The position numbers were made by a program, and so were the translations under genes. Below the pieces are notes generated by a model that saw only the letters and a program-made list of their open reading frames with translations, was not told the DNA's origin and ran no database searches. From Alphaproteobacteria bacterium (GTDB lineage Bacteria > Pseudomonadota > Alphaproteobacteria > MPNO01 > UBA830): 64,000 bases of DNA. The stretch's first letter is position 1. Every line of letters begins with the position of its first letter. Positions 1-10,128 of this stretch are shown here, in pieces. The DNA lies in contig OZ251539.1 of the NCBI GenBank assembly GCA_965243135.1, positions 5,152,001 to 5,216,000 of the forward strand. The letters are read 5' to 3'.

Positions 1-138
1 GACCGCCGCCGCGTCGAACGGGTAACGCTGCTGGGAGACAAGCCCTTCGGAGACGCGGGACCTTCCTACATCCCGGGCGAGGAGCGGCCTCGGGAGGAAG
101 CGTATCGCGCCGGCGGCGCGAGAAGCGGGCCGGCCTGA
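1..138 (+). CDS. C-terminal end of a probable TauD/TfdA-family 2-oxoglutarate dioxygenase (begins before the window)
   Basis: Frame 1 reads DRRRVERVTLLGDKPFGDAGPSY...* and resembles the terminal R-x-x-x-R-x-T-x-x-G-D-x-P segment of TauD-family proteins. Confidence 0.5.
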   Translation, partial: DRRRVERVTLLGDKPFGDAGPSYIPGEERPREEAYRAGGARSGPA

Positions 139-183
139 CGGGCCGACGGCGTTTCCGAACCCAGGCCGGCGGCGGAGCGCCGC

Positions 184-224
184 GCCGCCGGGACTGTCGA
201 GCCGCCGGGACTGTCGAGCCGCCG
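184..224. repeat. 17-bp tandem repeat GCCGCCGGGACTGTCGA (2.4 copies)
   Basis: Exact copies at 184-200 and 201-217, partial copy at 218-224, in the spacer downstream of the viperin gene. Confidence 0.85.
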
Positions 225-331
225 TTCCGCCGCGACGATCTTCGACAAGGCGCGCGGCCCGGAGGGCGGCAGCCCTCGCCCCGGCCCGCCGGTCCGCGTC
301 GCCTTCGCGACCTTCGAAGGCGCGTTGCAGG

Positions 332-1234
332 TTATCTGCGCCACTCGTATCGGGCGTCTCTCCCTTCGTAGTCCTCCCTCGAAAAACGCACTTGCCCCAA
401 CGCTTTCTCCAACCCCGCTTCCGGAATCGGGTCGTCGCCGTATACGCGGCGTATCGATCCGCTTTCCGGTTCGTGCCAGTAAAAGCGGCCCCTGGGGTCG
501 ATCATGATATAGGAGTCGGTCATCGCCTCGTTGTTCTCGGGAACGATCTCCACCCCCGCGCCGGTCAGGAGGCGCCGGTGCCGGTAGACGAACCCCTCGA
601 ACTCCTCCTCGGATATCTCGAGGCCGTCGACGGTCCCGTCGTTCTCGCCCCTCACCGGCAACACCTGAAGCACTTTCCAGCGCTCGGGAGCCAGCCGCCG
701 AATAGTGTCGCTCATGTCTTCGTCGACATTGCAGCGACTGACGACCGTATTGCATTTGAGCCGGATACCGTAGCGTCGGCACATGTCTCCGCACTTCAGC
801 ATACGTTCTACGTAGGCCTCGGCGTTCCGCTCCGAGGTTCGCCCGATATCGACGTTCGTTCGGGGATCGGCGGAATCCATGGAAACCGCCGCCCAGTCGA
901 TCGACGGCCCTGCGTCTTCGATCAACTCAGGAAGGCGAAAGCCGTTGGACACGATGGAGACGGCGCAACGGCCTGCGCTGCGGTCCTTGATGCGCCGGAA
1001 GAGATCGCCCAAGTTCGGCACGAGGGTGGGTTCGCCGCCCGCGAAGTTGATTTTCCCTACCCCGGCGTCGACCAACAGATCGATCAAACGCTTTCGATGG
1101 GCGTCCGCCAGGGTGTTCGCCTTGTTCACGTCCGCAAACCCTGCGAAGCAGTACCTGCAGCGGGCGTTGCACTCCTTGATCAGGTGAAAGTTGACGGACA
1201 GGCCTTTCAGGTTGTGGATGGTCATGCGTTCCAT
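332..1234 (-). CDS. Prokaryotic viperin (pVip/RSAD2-like radical SAM antiviral enzyme)
   Basis: SVNFHLIKECNARCRYCF (CxxxCxxC), KINFAGGEP, SIVSNG, SMDS, KCNTVV, RWKVLQVLPVRGEND, ENNEAMTDSYIMIDPRGRF and C-terminal RYEW: viperin-family motifs in the expected order. Confidence 0.9.
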   Translation of the reverse strand: MERMTIHNLKGLSVNFHLIKECNARCRYCFAGFADVNKANTLADAHRKRLIDLLVDAGVGKINFAGGEPTLVPNLGDLFRRIKDRSAGRCAVSIVSNGFRLPELIEDAGPSIDWAAVSMDSADPRTNVDIGRTSERNAEAYVERMLKCGDMCRRYGIRLKCNTVVSRCNVDEDMSDTIRRLAPERWKVLQVLPVRGENDGTVDGLEISEEEFEGFVYRHRRLLTGAGVEIVPENNEAMTDSYIMIDPRGRFYWHEPESGSIRRVYGDDPIPEAGLEKALGQVRFSREDYEGRDARYEWRR

Positions 1235-1276
1235 AGCTTGTTACTCCCGGTTTCGATGTGGCACAATGCGCAGAAT

Positions 1277-1304
1277 GACATTTGTTGATCGGGCAACAAA
1301 TGTC
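1277..1304. promoter_or_regulatory. Perfect 11-bp inverted repeat GACATTTGTTG-N6-CAACAAATGTC, candidate operator
   Basis: Seen directly in the AT-rich 120-bp spacer between the divergent viperin and XRE genes; a second imperfect palindrome ATGTGCAT-CAT-ATGCATAT lies at 1315-1333. Confidence 0.6.
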
Positions 1305-1354
1305 TAGAGAGGAAATGTGCATCATATGCATATTCTTGTCAAGGGGCAATTTGC

Positions 1355-1750
1355 ATGAAAAGCGAGACCACGTATCAGGCGGTGTTGGGACGCTTGATCG
1401 CCCAAAAACGTCAACAAAAACATATAGATCAGGGCGAGATGGCTGAAGCCGTGGGGGTCAGCCGCTCCACGTGGTCTCGAATCGAGTCGGGCGAGTCCGC
1501 GTTGAATATGGACCAACTCACCAAGGCCGCCGGCAAGCTGGAGATAGGCGTGGGGGCGTTGATGGTCGAGGCGGACGAGATCGCCGACGAGCTCCGCAAG
1601 CAGAACGTGCAGGTTCTCGAAAGCCGCGATCAAACCAGCGCCGCCAGGTTCGGAAAAACGGCCGCGGCGACCGTGGCGTTTCTCGGCGGCGCGGTTCTCG
1701 GCGGAATCATCGCCGCTATCCTGTCCGACAAAGACCCCGACGCCACCTGA
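1355..1750 (+). CDS. XRE/Cro-family HTH regulator with a C-terminal hydrophobic (putative transmembrane) helix
   Basis: IDQGEMAEAVGVSRSTWSRIESG HTH motif; C-terminal AAATVAFLGGAVLGGIIAAIL hydrophobic stretch. Confidence 0.85.
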   Translation: MKSETTYQAVLGRLIAQKRQQKHIDQGEMAEAVGVSRSTWSRIESGESALNMDQLTKAAGKLEIGVGALMVEADEIADELRKQNVQVLESRDQTSAARFGKTAAATVAFLGGAVLGGIIAAILSDKDPDAT

Positions 1751-1863
1751 CGCTCGCTTGCGCGGCGGCGCAAGCCCGGAAATCTCGCCGCGCCGCCATG
1801 CGCCGCGGCGAGCGAGAACGTTCGACTTGGACGGCTATCGCCCCTTCCCGTCGCCTCCGGACG

Positions 1864-3231
1864 CTACGACGCCAGCAAGCGGCGCATCGCCGCGCGGTAG
1901 CCGGCGGCGATCTCCCGTTCCCGAGCGTGCGCGCCGTCGCGCACGACATGCGCGCCGCCGACGATCGCGTCCCGCACGACCGGCCGGTTGCCGGAAAAAA
2001 TCCAGCTGTCGAGAAACGCGTCCGCGTCCCGCCCGGCGAACGGCGGCGCCTCGGCATCGAGAACGACGATATCCGCCCGCCCGCCTTCCTGCAGCATGCC
2101 TTCGCCGCGCCCCAGCGCCCGCAGGCCGCCGCGAACGGCGTCTTCGAACAACGCGACCCCGGTCGAGCGGCGCGCGTCGCCCGCCACGTTGCGGCGCCGG
2201 TCGCGCAGACGCTGGCCGTACTCCAGCCACCTCAGCTCCTCCACCGGATCGACCGAGACGTTGCTGTCCGAACCGACCGCGATCCGCCCGCCGGCCGTTT
2301 TCCACGAGGGAAGATCGAAGAGTCCGTCCCCGAGATTGGCCTCGGTGGTGGGACAAAGCCCGGCCGTCGCGCCGGTCCCGGCCGCCGCCCGGACTTCGTC
2401 CGGAGTCGTGTGGGTCGCGTGCACGAGGCACCACCGTTCGTCGACCGGAATTTTCTCCAGCAACCACTGGACCGGTCGAAGGCCGGACCACGCCTCGCAA
2501 TCGACGACTTCCTTCTCCTGTTCGGCGATATGAATATGGATCGGCGCGGCGGAACCGGCGGCTTTCGCGACGGCCCGCAGCGACTCTTCGCCGACGGCCC
2601 GCAGGCTGTGCGGAGCCATTCCCGCCGCGAGGCCGGAGTCGTCCGCGCACGACGCGGCCACCGACTCGCATATGCGCATGAAGCGGTCGACGTCGTTGAC
2701 GAAGCGCCGCTGGCCGGCTTGCGGCGGCGCGCCCCCGAAGCCGCCGTTCTGATACAGGACAGGAAGCAGGGTGGCGGCGATTCCCGCCTTCCGGGCGGCG
2801 GCGGCGGCGCGCAGGGTCATCTCCCCGGGATCGGCGAACGGCGCGCCGTCGCGATCGTGATGCAGATACTGGAATTCGCCGACGGACGTGTATCCGGACT
2901 TGAGCATCTCGACGTAAACCTGCGCCGCGATCGCCTCGAAGTCGTCGGGCGATATCGCGGCGACGAACCGGTACATCGTCTCGCGCCACGTCCAGAAACT
3001 GTCCTCGCCCGCCTCGGCGGGGCGTTCGGCGAGACCCGCCATGGCCCGTTGGAAGGCGTGCGAGTGAACGTTCGGCACGCCCGGGATCGCGATCCCGGAT
3101 ATCCTCCGGCAGCCGCCCTCCGGGACGTCGCCGGACGCCCGGACGATCCGCCCCGCCTCGTCCGCCGAAACGTAGCCGGGCGACAGCCACCGCCCGGCGG
3201 CGAGCAGATGATCGAAACGGTACGAGATCAA
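1864..3231 (-). CDS. hutF: Formimidoylglutamate deiminase
   Basis: [52 protein letters not shown] motifs; inferred TTG start overlaps the hutG stop. Confidence 0.92.
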   Translation of the reverse strand: MISYRFDHLLAAGRWLSPGYVSADEAGRIVRASGDVPEGGCRRISGIAIPGVPNVHSHAFQRAMAGLAERPAEAGEDSFWTWRETMYRFVAAISPDDFEAIAAQVYVEMLKSGYTSVGEFQYLHHDRDGAPFADPGEMTLRAAAAARKAGIAATLLPVLYQNGGFGGAPPQAGQRRFVNDVDRFMRICESVAASCADDSGLAAGMAPHSLRAVGEESLRAVAKAAGSAAPIHIHIAEQEKEVVDCEAWSGLRPVQWLLEKIPVDERWCLVHATHTTPDEVRAAAGTGATAGLCPTTEANLGDGLFDLPSWKTAGGRIAVGSDSNVSVDPVEELRWLEYGQRLRDRRRNVAGDARRSTGVALFEDAVRGGLRALGRGEGMLQEGGRADIVVLDAEAPPFAGRDADAFLDSWIFSGNRPVVRDAIVGGAHVVRDGAHAREREIAAGYRAAMRRLLAS

Positions 3232-4061
3232 ACCGCCCGCGCCCTCCCCGCGCCGGAAATCCAGTCGAGGCCGGCTTCGAGCAGATCTTCGAGAACCGTG
3301 CGCAGGCGCGCGGCGCGGTCGGGGAGCAGGCGGTACGGCGCCTCCTCCTCCATGTAGGCGGACTGCGCCATCTCCAGCTGAACCGCGTGGACTCCGTCGG
3401 CCGGCGCTCCGTAATGCCGCGTGATGTAACCGCCCTTGAATCGTCCGTCGAGAACCGCGCCGTAGCCCTCCGCCCCGTCGAGAACCCCGAACATGCGTTC
3501 GGTCAGCGCGGCGTCGGCGCTCGCGCCGCCGGCGGTGCCGAAATTGAACTCCGGCAACCGGCCTTCGAAGAAACGCGGCAGAACCGAGCGGATCGAATGG
3601 GCGTCGAACAGCAGCGCGGAGCCGAAACGGTCGCGCCTGTCGGCGACGATGCGCGCCAGCTCCGCGTGGTAGGGCCGCCAGTATCGCCGGATCCGCGACC
3701 GGGTTTCGGCGTCGTCCGGCTCCGCCCCCGGGCGATATACCGGCTCGCGCAGAAACGTCGTCGTCGGACAGACGCCGGTGTTGTCCGCGCCGGGATAGAG
3801 CGGCCGGCCGTCGGGCGGACGATTGAGGTCGACGACGTATCTGGAATAGCGGGCGGAAACGAGCGTGGCGCCGAGGTCCGCCGCGAAACCCCAGAGATCC
3901 CGCATGTGCCAGTCCGTATCGGGAAGGGCGAGCGCCTCCGCCGTCATTCTCGCGCCGATCTCCGCCGGTATTTCCCGGCCGTCGTGCGGCACGTTGACGA
4001 CGAGCGGCGCCGCGCCTTCGAGAACGTCGATAACGGGAACGCCGCGCCCCTCGTCGTTCAC
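3228..4061 (-). CDS. hutG: N-formylglutamate deformylase
   Basis: [47 protein letters not shown] motifs. Confidence 0.92.
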   Translation of the reverse strand: MNDEGRGVPVIDVLEGAAPLVVNVPHDGREIPAEIGARMTAEALALPDTDWHMRDLWGFAADLGATLVSARYSRYVVDLNRPPDGRPLYPGADNTGVCPTTTFLREPVYRPGAEPDDAETRSRIRRYWRPYHAELARIVADRRDRFGSALLFDAHSIRSVLPRFFEGRLPEFNFGTAGGASADAALTERMFGVLDGAEGYGAVLDGRFKGGYITRHYGAPADGVHAVQLEMAQSAYMEEEAPYRLLPDRAARLRTVLEDLLEAGLDWISGAGRARAV

Positions 4062-4084
4062 TTCGCCCGCGCTCCGTCCGCAAT

Positions 4085-4103
4085 GCGTATACGCGTCTAT
4101 AAT
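4085..4103 (+). promoter_or_regulatory. Palindrome GCGTATACGC next to a TATAAT -10 element upstream of hutI; possible HutC-type operator
   Basis: 10-bp perfect palindrome at 4085-4094 and TATAAT at 4098-4103 in the divergent hutG/hutI spacer. Confidence 0.45.
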
Positions 4104-4146
4104 ACCGGCGCGCGCCGCCGCGGCGCAATGCGAAAGGGTTCAGCGG

Positions 4147-5373
4147 ATGCCGGACTGGGACAAGCTGTGGATCAACGTCGACCTCGCCACCATGATCGAG
4201 GGCGGCGCGCCCTACGGAGCGATAGAGCGGGGCGCGATCGCGACCCGGAGGAACCGAATCGCATGGGTCGGTCCCATGGACGAACTGCAGGGAGACGCCG
4301 GCGAGACCGTCGAGGCGGAAGGCTTCTGGGTCACGCCGGGCCTGATCGACTGCCACACCCACGCGGTCTTTGGCGGCGAACGGTCCGGCGAATTCGAGAA
4401 ACGCCTGCAAGGCGTCAGCTACGAGGAAATCGCCCGCGCCGGCGGCGGAATCCTGTCGACCATGAAAGCGACCCGGGATGCGAGCGAAGCCCAATTGGTG
4501 GAGGCGGCCCTTCCCCGCGTCGCAAGCCTTCTCCAGGAAGGCGTGACCACCATCGAGATCAAGTCGGGGTACGGACTCGAAACCGCGACCGAATTGAAGC
4601 AGTTGTCCGCCGCGCGGACGATCGGAGAATTCCTGCCCGTCGACGTTCTGACCACGTTTCTGGGCGCCCACGCGCTGCCCCCCGAATACGCCGGCCGGCA
4701 GGGCGACTACGTCGACCTGGTCGTCGAGGAAATGCTTCCCGCCGTCGCCAGGAGCGGCGACGCGGACGCGGTGGACGCCTTTTGCGAATCCATCGCCTTC
4801 ACGCCCGCCGAAACCGAGGCGGTTCTCAAGGCCGCCCGCGGACACGGCCTCCCGGTCAAGCTGCACGCCGAGCAACTGTCGGACCTCGGCGGCGCGGCCC
4901 TGGCGGCGAAATACGGCGCCCTCTCGGCGGACCACCTGGAGTACGTTTCGGAGGACGGCGCGCGCGCGATGGCCGCCGCCGGCACGGTCGCCGTCCTGCT
5001 GCCGGGCGCCTACTACACGCTTCGCGAAACGCGGACGCCGCCGGTCGACCTGTTCCGCAAGCACGGGGTGGACATCGCGATCGCCACCGATTTCAATCCG
5101 GGGTCGTCTCCCGTGCTGTCGCTGCTGCTGACGCTGAACATGAGCTGCATCCTGTTCCGGCTGACGCCGGAGGAAGCGCTGGCCGGCGTCACCCGCAACG
5201 CCGCGCGGGCGCTGGGACTCGGAAGCGACCGGGGAACCCTCGAAGTCGGCAAGCGGGCGGATTTCGTCCTCTGGGACATCGAACGGCCGGCCGAACTTTC
5301 GTACTGGGCCGGGTACAACCCGGCGCAGGAGATCGTCCGCAACGGCGACGTTGCGGCCGGACAAGCGGCATGA
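4147..5373 (+). CDS. hutI: Imidazolonepropionase
   Basis: [51 protein letters not shown] motifs. Confidence 0.95.
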   Translation: MPDWDKLWINVDLATMIEGGAPYGAIERGAIATRRNRIAWVGPMDELQGDAGETVEAEGFWVTPGLIDCHTHAVFGGERSGEFEKRLQGVSYEEIARAGGGILSTMKATRDASEAQLVEAALPRVASLLQEGVTTIEIKSGYGLETATELKQLSAARTIGEFLPVDVLTTFLGAHALPPEYAGRQGDYVDLVVEEMLPAVARSGDADAVDAFCESIAFTPAETEAVLKAARGHGLPVKLHAEQLSDLGGAALAAKYGALSADHLEYVSEDGARAMAAAGTVAVLLPGAYYTLRETRTPPVDLFRKHGVDIAIATDFNPGSSPVLSLLLTLNMSCILFRLTPEEALAGVTRNAARALGLGSDRGTLEVGKRADFVLWDIERPAELSYWAGYNPAQEIVRNGDVAAGQAA

Positions 5374-7037
5374 ACGCCGCTCGCCGGAACGCCGCGGTCG
5401 TCCGCAGCCCCACCGGCAGCGAGCTGACCGCCAGAAGCTGGGCGACGGAAGCTCCGCTTCGCATGCTGATGAACAACCTCGATCCCGACGTCGCCGAACG
5501 GCCCGAAGAGTTGGTGGTCTACGGCGGCATCGGGCGCGCCGCCCGTAACTGGGAATGCTACGAGCGCATCGTCGCGGCGCTCGCCGCGCTCGAGGGCGAC
5601 GAGACGCTGCTGGTGCAGAGCGGGAAGCCCGTCGGCGTCTTCCGCACGCACGCGGACGCGCCGAGGGTGCTGATCGCGAACTCGAACATCGTGGCGAACT
5701 GGGCGACGCTCGAGCATTTCACCGAACTCGACCGGGCCGGGCTGATGATGTACGGCCAGATGACGGCGGGCTCCTGGATCTATATCGGCAGCCAGGGCAT
5801 CGTCCAGGGAACCTACGAGACCTTTTCCGAAGTCGGCCGCCGTCATTTCGGCGGGAGTCTCGCGGGAAAGTGGATCCTGACCGGCGGCCTCGGCGGCATG
5901 GGCGGCGCGCAGCCGCTGGCCGCGACCATGGCGGGCGCCAGCCTGATCGCCGTCGAATGCCAGCCCAGCCGCATCGAGTACCGCATGCGGACCGGATATC
6001 TCGACGTCGAGGCGAAAACCCTCGACGAAGCCCTGGAGATCGTCGGGCGCTCGCGCGGCCGCCCCGTATCGGTAGGCCTTCTCGGCAACGCCGCCGAAAC
6101 GTATCCGGAAATCGTTCGCCGGGGGATACGGCCCGACGTCGTCACCGACCAGACGGCGGCGCACGACCCGGTCAACGGCTACCTGCCGGCCGGCTGGACC
6201 GTCGAGGACTGGAGGGAGCGCCGCGAGCGCGATCCGGGGGAGGTCGAGAAGGCGGCCAAGCGGTCGATGGCGGCGCAGGTCGAAGCCATGCTGGCCTTTC
6301 ACCGCATGGGCATCCCCGTGCTGGATTACGGCAACAATCTGCGCCAGATGGCGAAGGACGCCGGCGTCGCCGACGCGTTCGCCTATCCCGGCTTCGTCAA
6401 CGCCTACGTCCGTCCGCTGTTTTGCCGCGGCAAGGGACCGTTCCGCTGGGCGGCGCTCTCCGGCGACCCGGAGGACATCTACCGCACGGACGAAAAGGTC
6501 AGGGAACTCATTCCGGACGACGCCGCGCTGCACAACTGGCTCGACATGGCGCGCGAGCGCATCAGCTTTCAGGGCCTGCCGGCCAGGATCTGCTGGCTCG
6601 GTCTCGGGCAGCGCCACCGCGTGGGCCTCGCCTTCAACGAACTGGTGCGAAGCGGCGAGATTTCGGCGCCCATCGTGATCGGCCGGGACCACATGGACTC
6701 GGGATCCGTGGCGAGTCCCAACCGCGAGACCGAGGGCATGATCGACGGATCCGACGCGGTCGCCGACTGGGCGCTTCTCAACGCCCTGCTGAACACGGCC
6801 AGCGGCGCGACCTGGGTGTCGATTCACCACGGCGGCGGCGTCGGCATCGGCTATTCCCAGCATGCCGGCATGGTCGTCGTCGCCGACGGCACCGACGAGG
6901 CCGCGCGGCGTCTCGAACGCGTGCTGTGGAACGATCCCGCCAGCGGCGTCATGCGCCACGCCGACGCGGGTTACGAAACCGCGCTGGAAACCGCGCGCGA
7001 GCACGGGCTGAAGCTGCCGGGAATTCTCGAACCGTAA
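5370..7037 (+). CDS. hutU: Urocanate hydratase
   Basis: [54 protein letters not shown] motifs; ATGA overlap with hutI. Confidence 0.96.
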   Translation: MNAARRNAAVVRSPTGSELTARSWATEAPLRMLMNNLDPDVAERPEELVVYGGIGRAARNWECYERIVAALAALEGDETLLVQSGKPVGVFRTHADAPRVLIANSNIVANWATLEHFTELDRAGLMMYGQMTAGSWIYIGSQGIVQGTYETFSEVGRRHFGGSLAGKWILTGGLGGMGGAQPLAATMAGASLIAVECQPSRIEYRMRTGYLDVEAKTLDEALEIVGRSRGRPVSVGLLGNAAETYPEIVRRGIRPDVVTDQTAAHDPVNGYLPAGWTVEDWRERRERDPGEVEKAAKRSMAAQVEAMLAFHRMGIPVLDYGNNLRQMAKDAGVADAFAYPGFVNAYVRPLFCRGKGPFRWAALSGDPEDIYRTDEKVRELIPDDAALHNWLDMARERISFQGLPARICWLGLGQRHRVGLAFNELVRSGEISAPIVIGRDHMDSGSVASPNRETEGMIDGSDAVADWALLNALLNTASGATWVSIHHGGGVGIGYSQHAGMVVVADGTDEAARRLERVLWNDPASGVMRHADAGYETALETAREHGLKLPGILEP

Positions 7038-7059
7038 CGCCGGCGCGCCCGCGGAATCT

Positions 7060-8400
7060 TCAGTCGAGCATCGTGTTCGGCAGGACGAGAGCAAGCTGCG
7101 GAAATGCGACGAGGATCGCGAGGCATACGATCATCGCGCCCCAGAACGGCATGATTCCCGCGTAGATCTCGCGCATCGGGACGTCCCGCGCCACGCCCTT
7201 CACGACGAACACGTTCATGCCGACTGGAGGGCTGATCAGCGCCATCTCCAGAATGACGACCATGACGACGCCGAACCAGATCCTGAAATCGCTGGACTCG
7301 GACGGCAACCCGAGAAAGTCCGGTATCCGGGACCGCTCGACGATGGGAAGCACGATCGGCAGAACGAGCACCATCATCGCGAACCCGTCGAGGAACGTCC
7401 CGAGCGCGATGAAGGCGATCAGAACGATCGCCAGAAGAACGACGGGGCCGGGATCGAGGCCGGTCAGCGTCCGCGCGAGATCCTCCGGGATTTGGGTCAG
7501 GGCGAGAAAGGGCGAAAAGACCGCCGCCCCGATAATGATGAAGTAGATCATGACGGTCGTGCTCGCCGTGTTCAGCAGGACCGAACGGATCGTCGGCGGA
7601 GATAGTCCGCCGCGCAGCGCGGCGAAGAGGATCGCAAGCACCGCCCCGACGGCCGCCGCCTCGACCGGGGTGAAAGCGCCGCCGTAGATGCCTCCGATCG
7701 AAACCGCGACGATCAGGATGATGGACAGGCTGCGCGCCAGCGCCGTCCGCCGTTCGCGCCAGTCGTATCGGCGCGCGGCGGGGCCGATTCCGGGATCGAG
7801 CGCGACCCGGGCGAAGATCGTCAGGAGAAAGAGGCTGGCGAGAAGGACGCCGGGTATGACGCCGGCGAGGAACAGCCGGCCAATGGATTCCTCGGTCAGG
7901 ATGGCGTAGATCACGAAGCCCGTGGAGGGCGGGATGAGAATCCCGAGCGTGCCCCCCGCCGCCACGGCGCCGGCGGCGAGCTTCCGGTCGTATCCGAAGC
8001 GCGCCATTTCCGGCAGCGCCACGCGCCCGATCGTGAGCGCGGACGCCACCGAAGACCCGGACAGCGCCGCGAAGCCGGTGCACCCGAGAACCGTTCCATG
8101 GGCGAGTCCGCCCTTCATCCATCCGACCCAGGCGTTGGCGGCGTTGTACAGGTCGCGACTCATGCCGCATGCCGCCGCGACGTTCCCCATGAGGACGAAG
8201 AACGGTATCACCGTGAGCTCGTAGAATATGGCCGCGCTCCAGGTCTCGGTAACCAACGTCGCCAGCGCCGCCGGCACGCTGTTGAGGATCGCCAGGCCTC
8301 CGAGGCCGACGGCGATCATGGCCGCGGCGACGGGAACCCGCTGGCTCATCAGGAACAGGAGCAGCGCGAAGCCGAGCGCGCCGAGAACGGTCGGACTCAC
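7060..8400 (-). CDS. dctM: TRAP transporter large permease (DctM family)
   Basis: IPFFVLMG, SGSSVA, GGTLGILIPPS, FTPVEAA, ISPPVGMNVFVV motifs; GTG start overlaps the dctQ stop. Confidence 0.9.
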   Translation of the reverse strand: MSPTVLGALGFALLLFLMSQRVPVAAAMIAVGLGGLAILNSVPAALATLVTETWSAAIFYELTVIPFFVLMGNVAAACGMSRDLYNAANAWVGWMKGGLAHGTVLGCTGFAALSGSSVASALTIGRVALPEMARFGYDRKLAAGAVAAGGTLGILIPPSTGFVIYAILTEESIGRLFLAGVIPGVLLASLFLLTIFARVALDPGIGPAARRYDWRERRTALARSLSIILIVAVSIGGIYGGAFTPVEAAAVGAVLAILFAALRGGLSPPTIRSVLLNTASTTVMIYFIIIGAAVFSPFLALTQIPEDLARTLTGLDPGPVVLLAIVLIAFIALGTFLDGFAMMVLVLPIVLPIVERSRIPDFLGLPSESSDFRIWFGVVMVVILEMALISPPVGMNVFVVKGVARDVPMREIYAGIMPFWGAMIVCLAILVAFPQLALVLPNTMLD

Positions 8401-8903
8401 GGGTTCTCGTCGGCTCCCTTCGCGGCGAAGCCGATCGGCAATCCCGCGGCCACGCGCGCCGCCTCGACGCAAAGCACAAGGACATGAAAGGCGCAGGCGG
8501 CCGCGAGGATCCGGAAGAACGGCCCGAACGGCAGTTCGATCATGTTCGTCGCTTCGTTGAACAGCGCCGCGTCCTCCGCGCGGACCCATGCCCTGGCCGC
8601 CAACAGCGCGAAGATGGCCCCGCCGATCAATCGCACCGCCAGATCGCGGACGACGGTCAAGAAGCGGACGCCGTAATCGGGAACGAGGTCGACGACGATA
8701 TGGCCGCCCGTCCGCCATGCGAACGGGAAAGCGCAAGAGATCGCCACGACCATTCCCATCTGCAGGAGGTCGGTCGCGCCCAGGACAGGCGCGGCAAAGA
8801 CGTAGCGCAGGATGACGTCGACGAAGGTGAGCCCGATCAACGCCAGCAGGACGAGACCGGACAGGACGGCGAGCGCCGCGCACGCCCGGTCGAGGGCCTT
8901 CAC
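8397..8903 (-). CDS. dctQ: TRAP transporter small permease (DctQ family)
   Basis: Four hydrophobic segments, DVILRY and GHIVVD motifs; lies between dctP and dctM. Confidence 0.88.
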   Translation of the reverse strand: MKALDRACAALAVLSGLVLLALIGLTFVDVILRYVFAAPVLGATDLLQMGMVVAISCAFPFAWRTGGHIVVDLVPDYGVRFLTVVRDLAVRLIGGAIFALLAARAWVRAEDAALFNEATNMIELPFGPFFRILAAACAFHVLVLCVEAARVAAGLPIGFAAKGADENP

Positions 8904-8913
8904 GGCCCGCGGT

Positions 8914-9900
8914 TCAGTTCCTCATCGCGGCGACGACCTCGCTCGCGGGAATCCCCTTGCCGTCGAGTTCCTTCAGCAAGCCTTCGACGGCGGCCGCCGC
9001 GCGCGCGTCGAAGGCGGCTCGCGCTTCCTTCGACAGCTCGACGACTTGCTTTCCGGGCAGCGAGCGGAACTTGCCGAGAGCGATTTCGCCGAACTTCGCG
9101 AGGCCGTCCGCCGAACGCAGGCTGATGTCGAGGCCGACAAGCCCGTCGAGGGCCTTTCTGTGTTGGGGCGCGAGTTCGCCGTAGGCGTCTTCGTTCATCA
9201 CCATGAAGATGGTCGTCGGCATTTCCGGCAGTCCGACGGTGACGAACTTCGCGGGCTCGATCAGCTTGAAGATCAGCAACGAATCCGACCCCATAAGCGC
9301 GCCGTCGACGACGCCGGTGGTCATCGACGTGTAGACCTTCGTCGCCGGCATCTGCACCGGGGTCGCGCCGTAAGCGGAGATCACCGCCGCGGCGGACTTC
9401 GACGCCACCCGGATCTTCAGGCCCTTGAGATCGTCGAGACTCCGCACCGGCTTGTCGCGCATCATGAACACGGCGGGCGGCGTCACGAAAACCGCGAGCG
9501 GCACGGTGCGCCTGAACTCGCCGCGCAGGTGGGCGTCCATCACCTTCCACAGTTTGCGCGTCGCGTCCCGGTGCCCCCGGGTCACGCCCGGAAGCTCGAT
9601 CAGGAGCGTCTTCGGAAACACCGAGGACGTATAGCCGGGCAATCCGTAGGCGATATCGGCGATGCGCCGCACCGCGCGCTGGTACTGTTCGACCGGTCCC
9701 TTCCCCAGCGCGCCGGCGGCGTAGACCTTGATCTTCGCCTCGCCGCCGGTGGCCGCGGCGAGGTCGTCGGCGAGCTTGAGAAACACCGGCTTGTGCAGGA
9801 CGTATTGCGGCGGCACGAAGCTCGCGAATTTCAGCACCGTTTCGGCCGACGCCAATGTCGGCAGGATCAGCAGCAGCGCGGCGAAAGCAGCCCGTTTCAT
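8914..9900 (-). CDS. dctP: TRAP transporter substrate-binding protein (DctP family)
   Basis: Signal peptide MKRAAFAALLLILPTLASA; DLKGLKIRV, YTSMTTGVVDG motifs; GGAGA RBS. Confidence 0.9.
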   Translation of the reverse strand: MKRAAFAALLLILPTLASAETVLKFASFVPPQYVLHKPVFLKLADDLAAATGGEAKIKVYAAGALGKGPVEQYQRAVRRIADIAYGLPGYTSSVFPKTLLIELPGVTRGHRDATRKLWKVMDAHLRGEFRRTVPLAVFVTPPAVFMMRDKPVRSLDDLKGLKIRVASKSAAAVISAYGATPVQMPATKVYTSMTTGVVDGALMGSDSLLIFKLIEPAKFVTVGLPEMPTTIFMVMNEDAYGELAPQHRKALDGLVGLDISLRSADGLAKFGEIALGKFRSLPGKQVVELSKEARAAFDARAAAAVEGLLKELDGKGIPASEVVAAMRN

Positions 9901-9927
9901 CGAATGTCTCCTTCCTGTCATTTTATG

Positions 9928-9940
9928 CTTGTATATTCAG
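9928..9940. promoter_or_regulatory. HutC/GntR-like operator CTTGTATATTCAG upstream of dctP
   Basis: TGTATATTCA at 9930-9939 is one mismatch from the palindrome TGTATATACA, the HutC-type site. Confidence 0.5.
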
Positions 9941-10128
9941 ATCTCGAGCGCCGCATTGCAAGACGGCGCCGTCGCGCGAGAGGATCCCATGCGGAATTTC
10001 AGGTCCGCGCCGCCGGAAGTCGCGGCGGAACCGCTTTCGGACGGCGCCGCGGCGCCGTCCCGCTTCCGGCTTCCGCCGCGCCGGGCCGCCGCCTGCATCC
10101 CGGCACGAGGCCGACGGGAACTTGCGGG

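Noticed and set aside
184-224. Tandem repeat as a mini-CRISPR
   Set aside because: Contiguous 17-bp units with no spacers and no cas genes. I saw no CRISPR array, tRNA or rRNA gene anywhere in the window.
66-794. 242-aa minus-strand ORF overlapping the viperin gene, as a possible viperin partner
   Set aside because: Arg/Gly/Pro-rich shadow ORF in another frame of the viperin gene; no kinase or other motifs.
1864-5364. 1166-aa and 1216-aa (3387-7037) ORFs as giant fusion proteins
   Set aside because: Only the C-terminal parts are real (hutF from 3231, hutU from 5370); the rest is open frame typical of high-GC DNA overlapping other genes.
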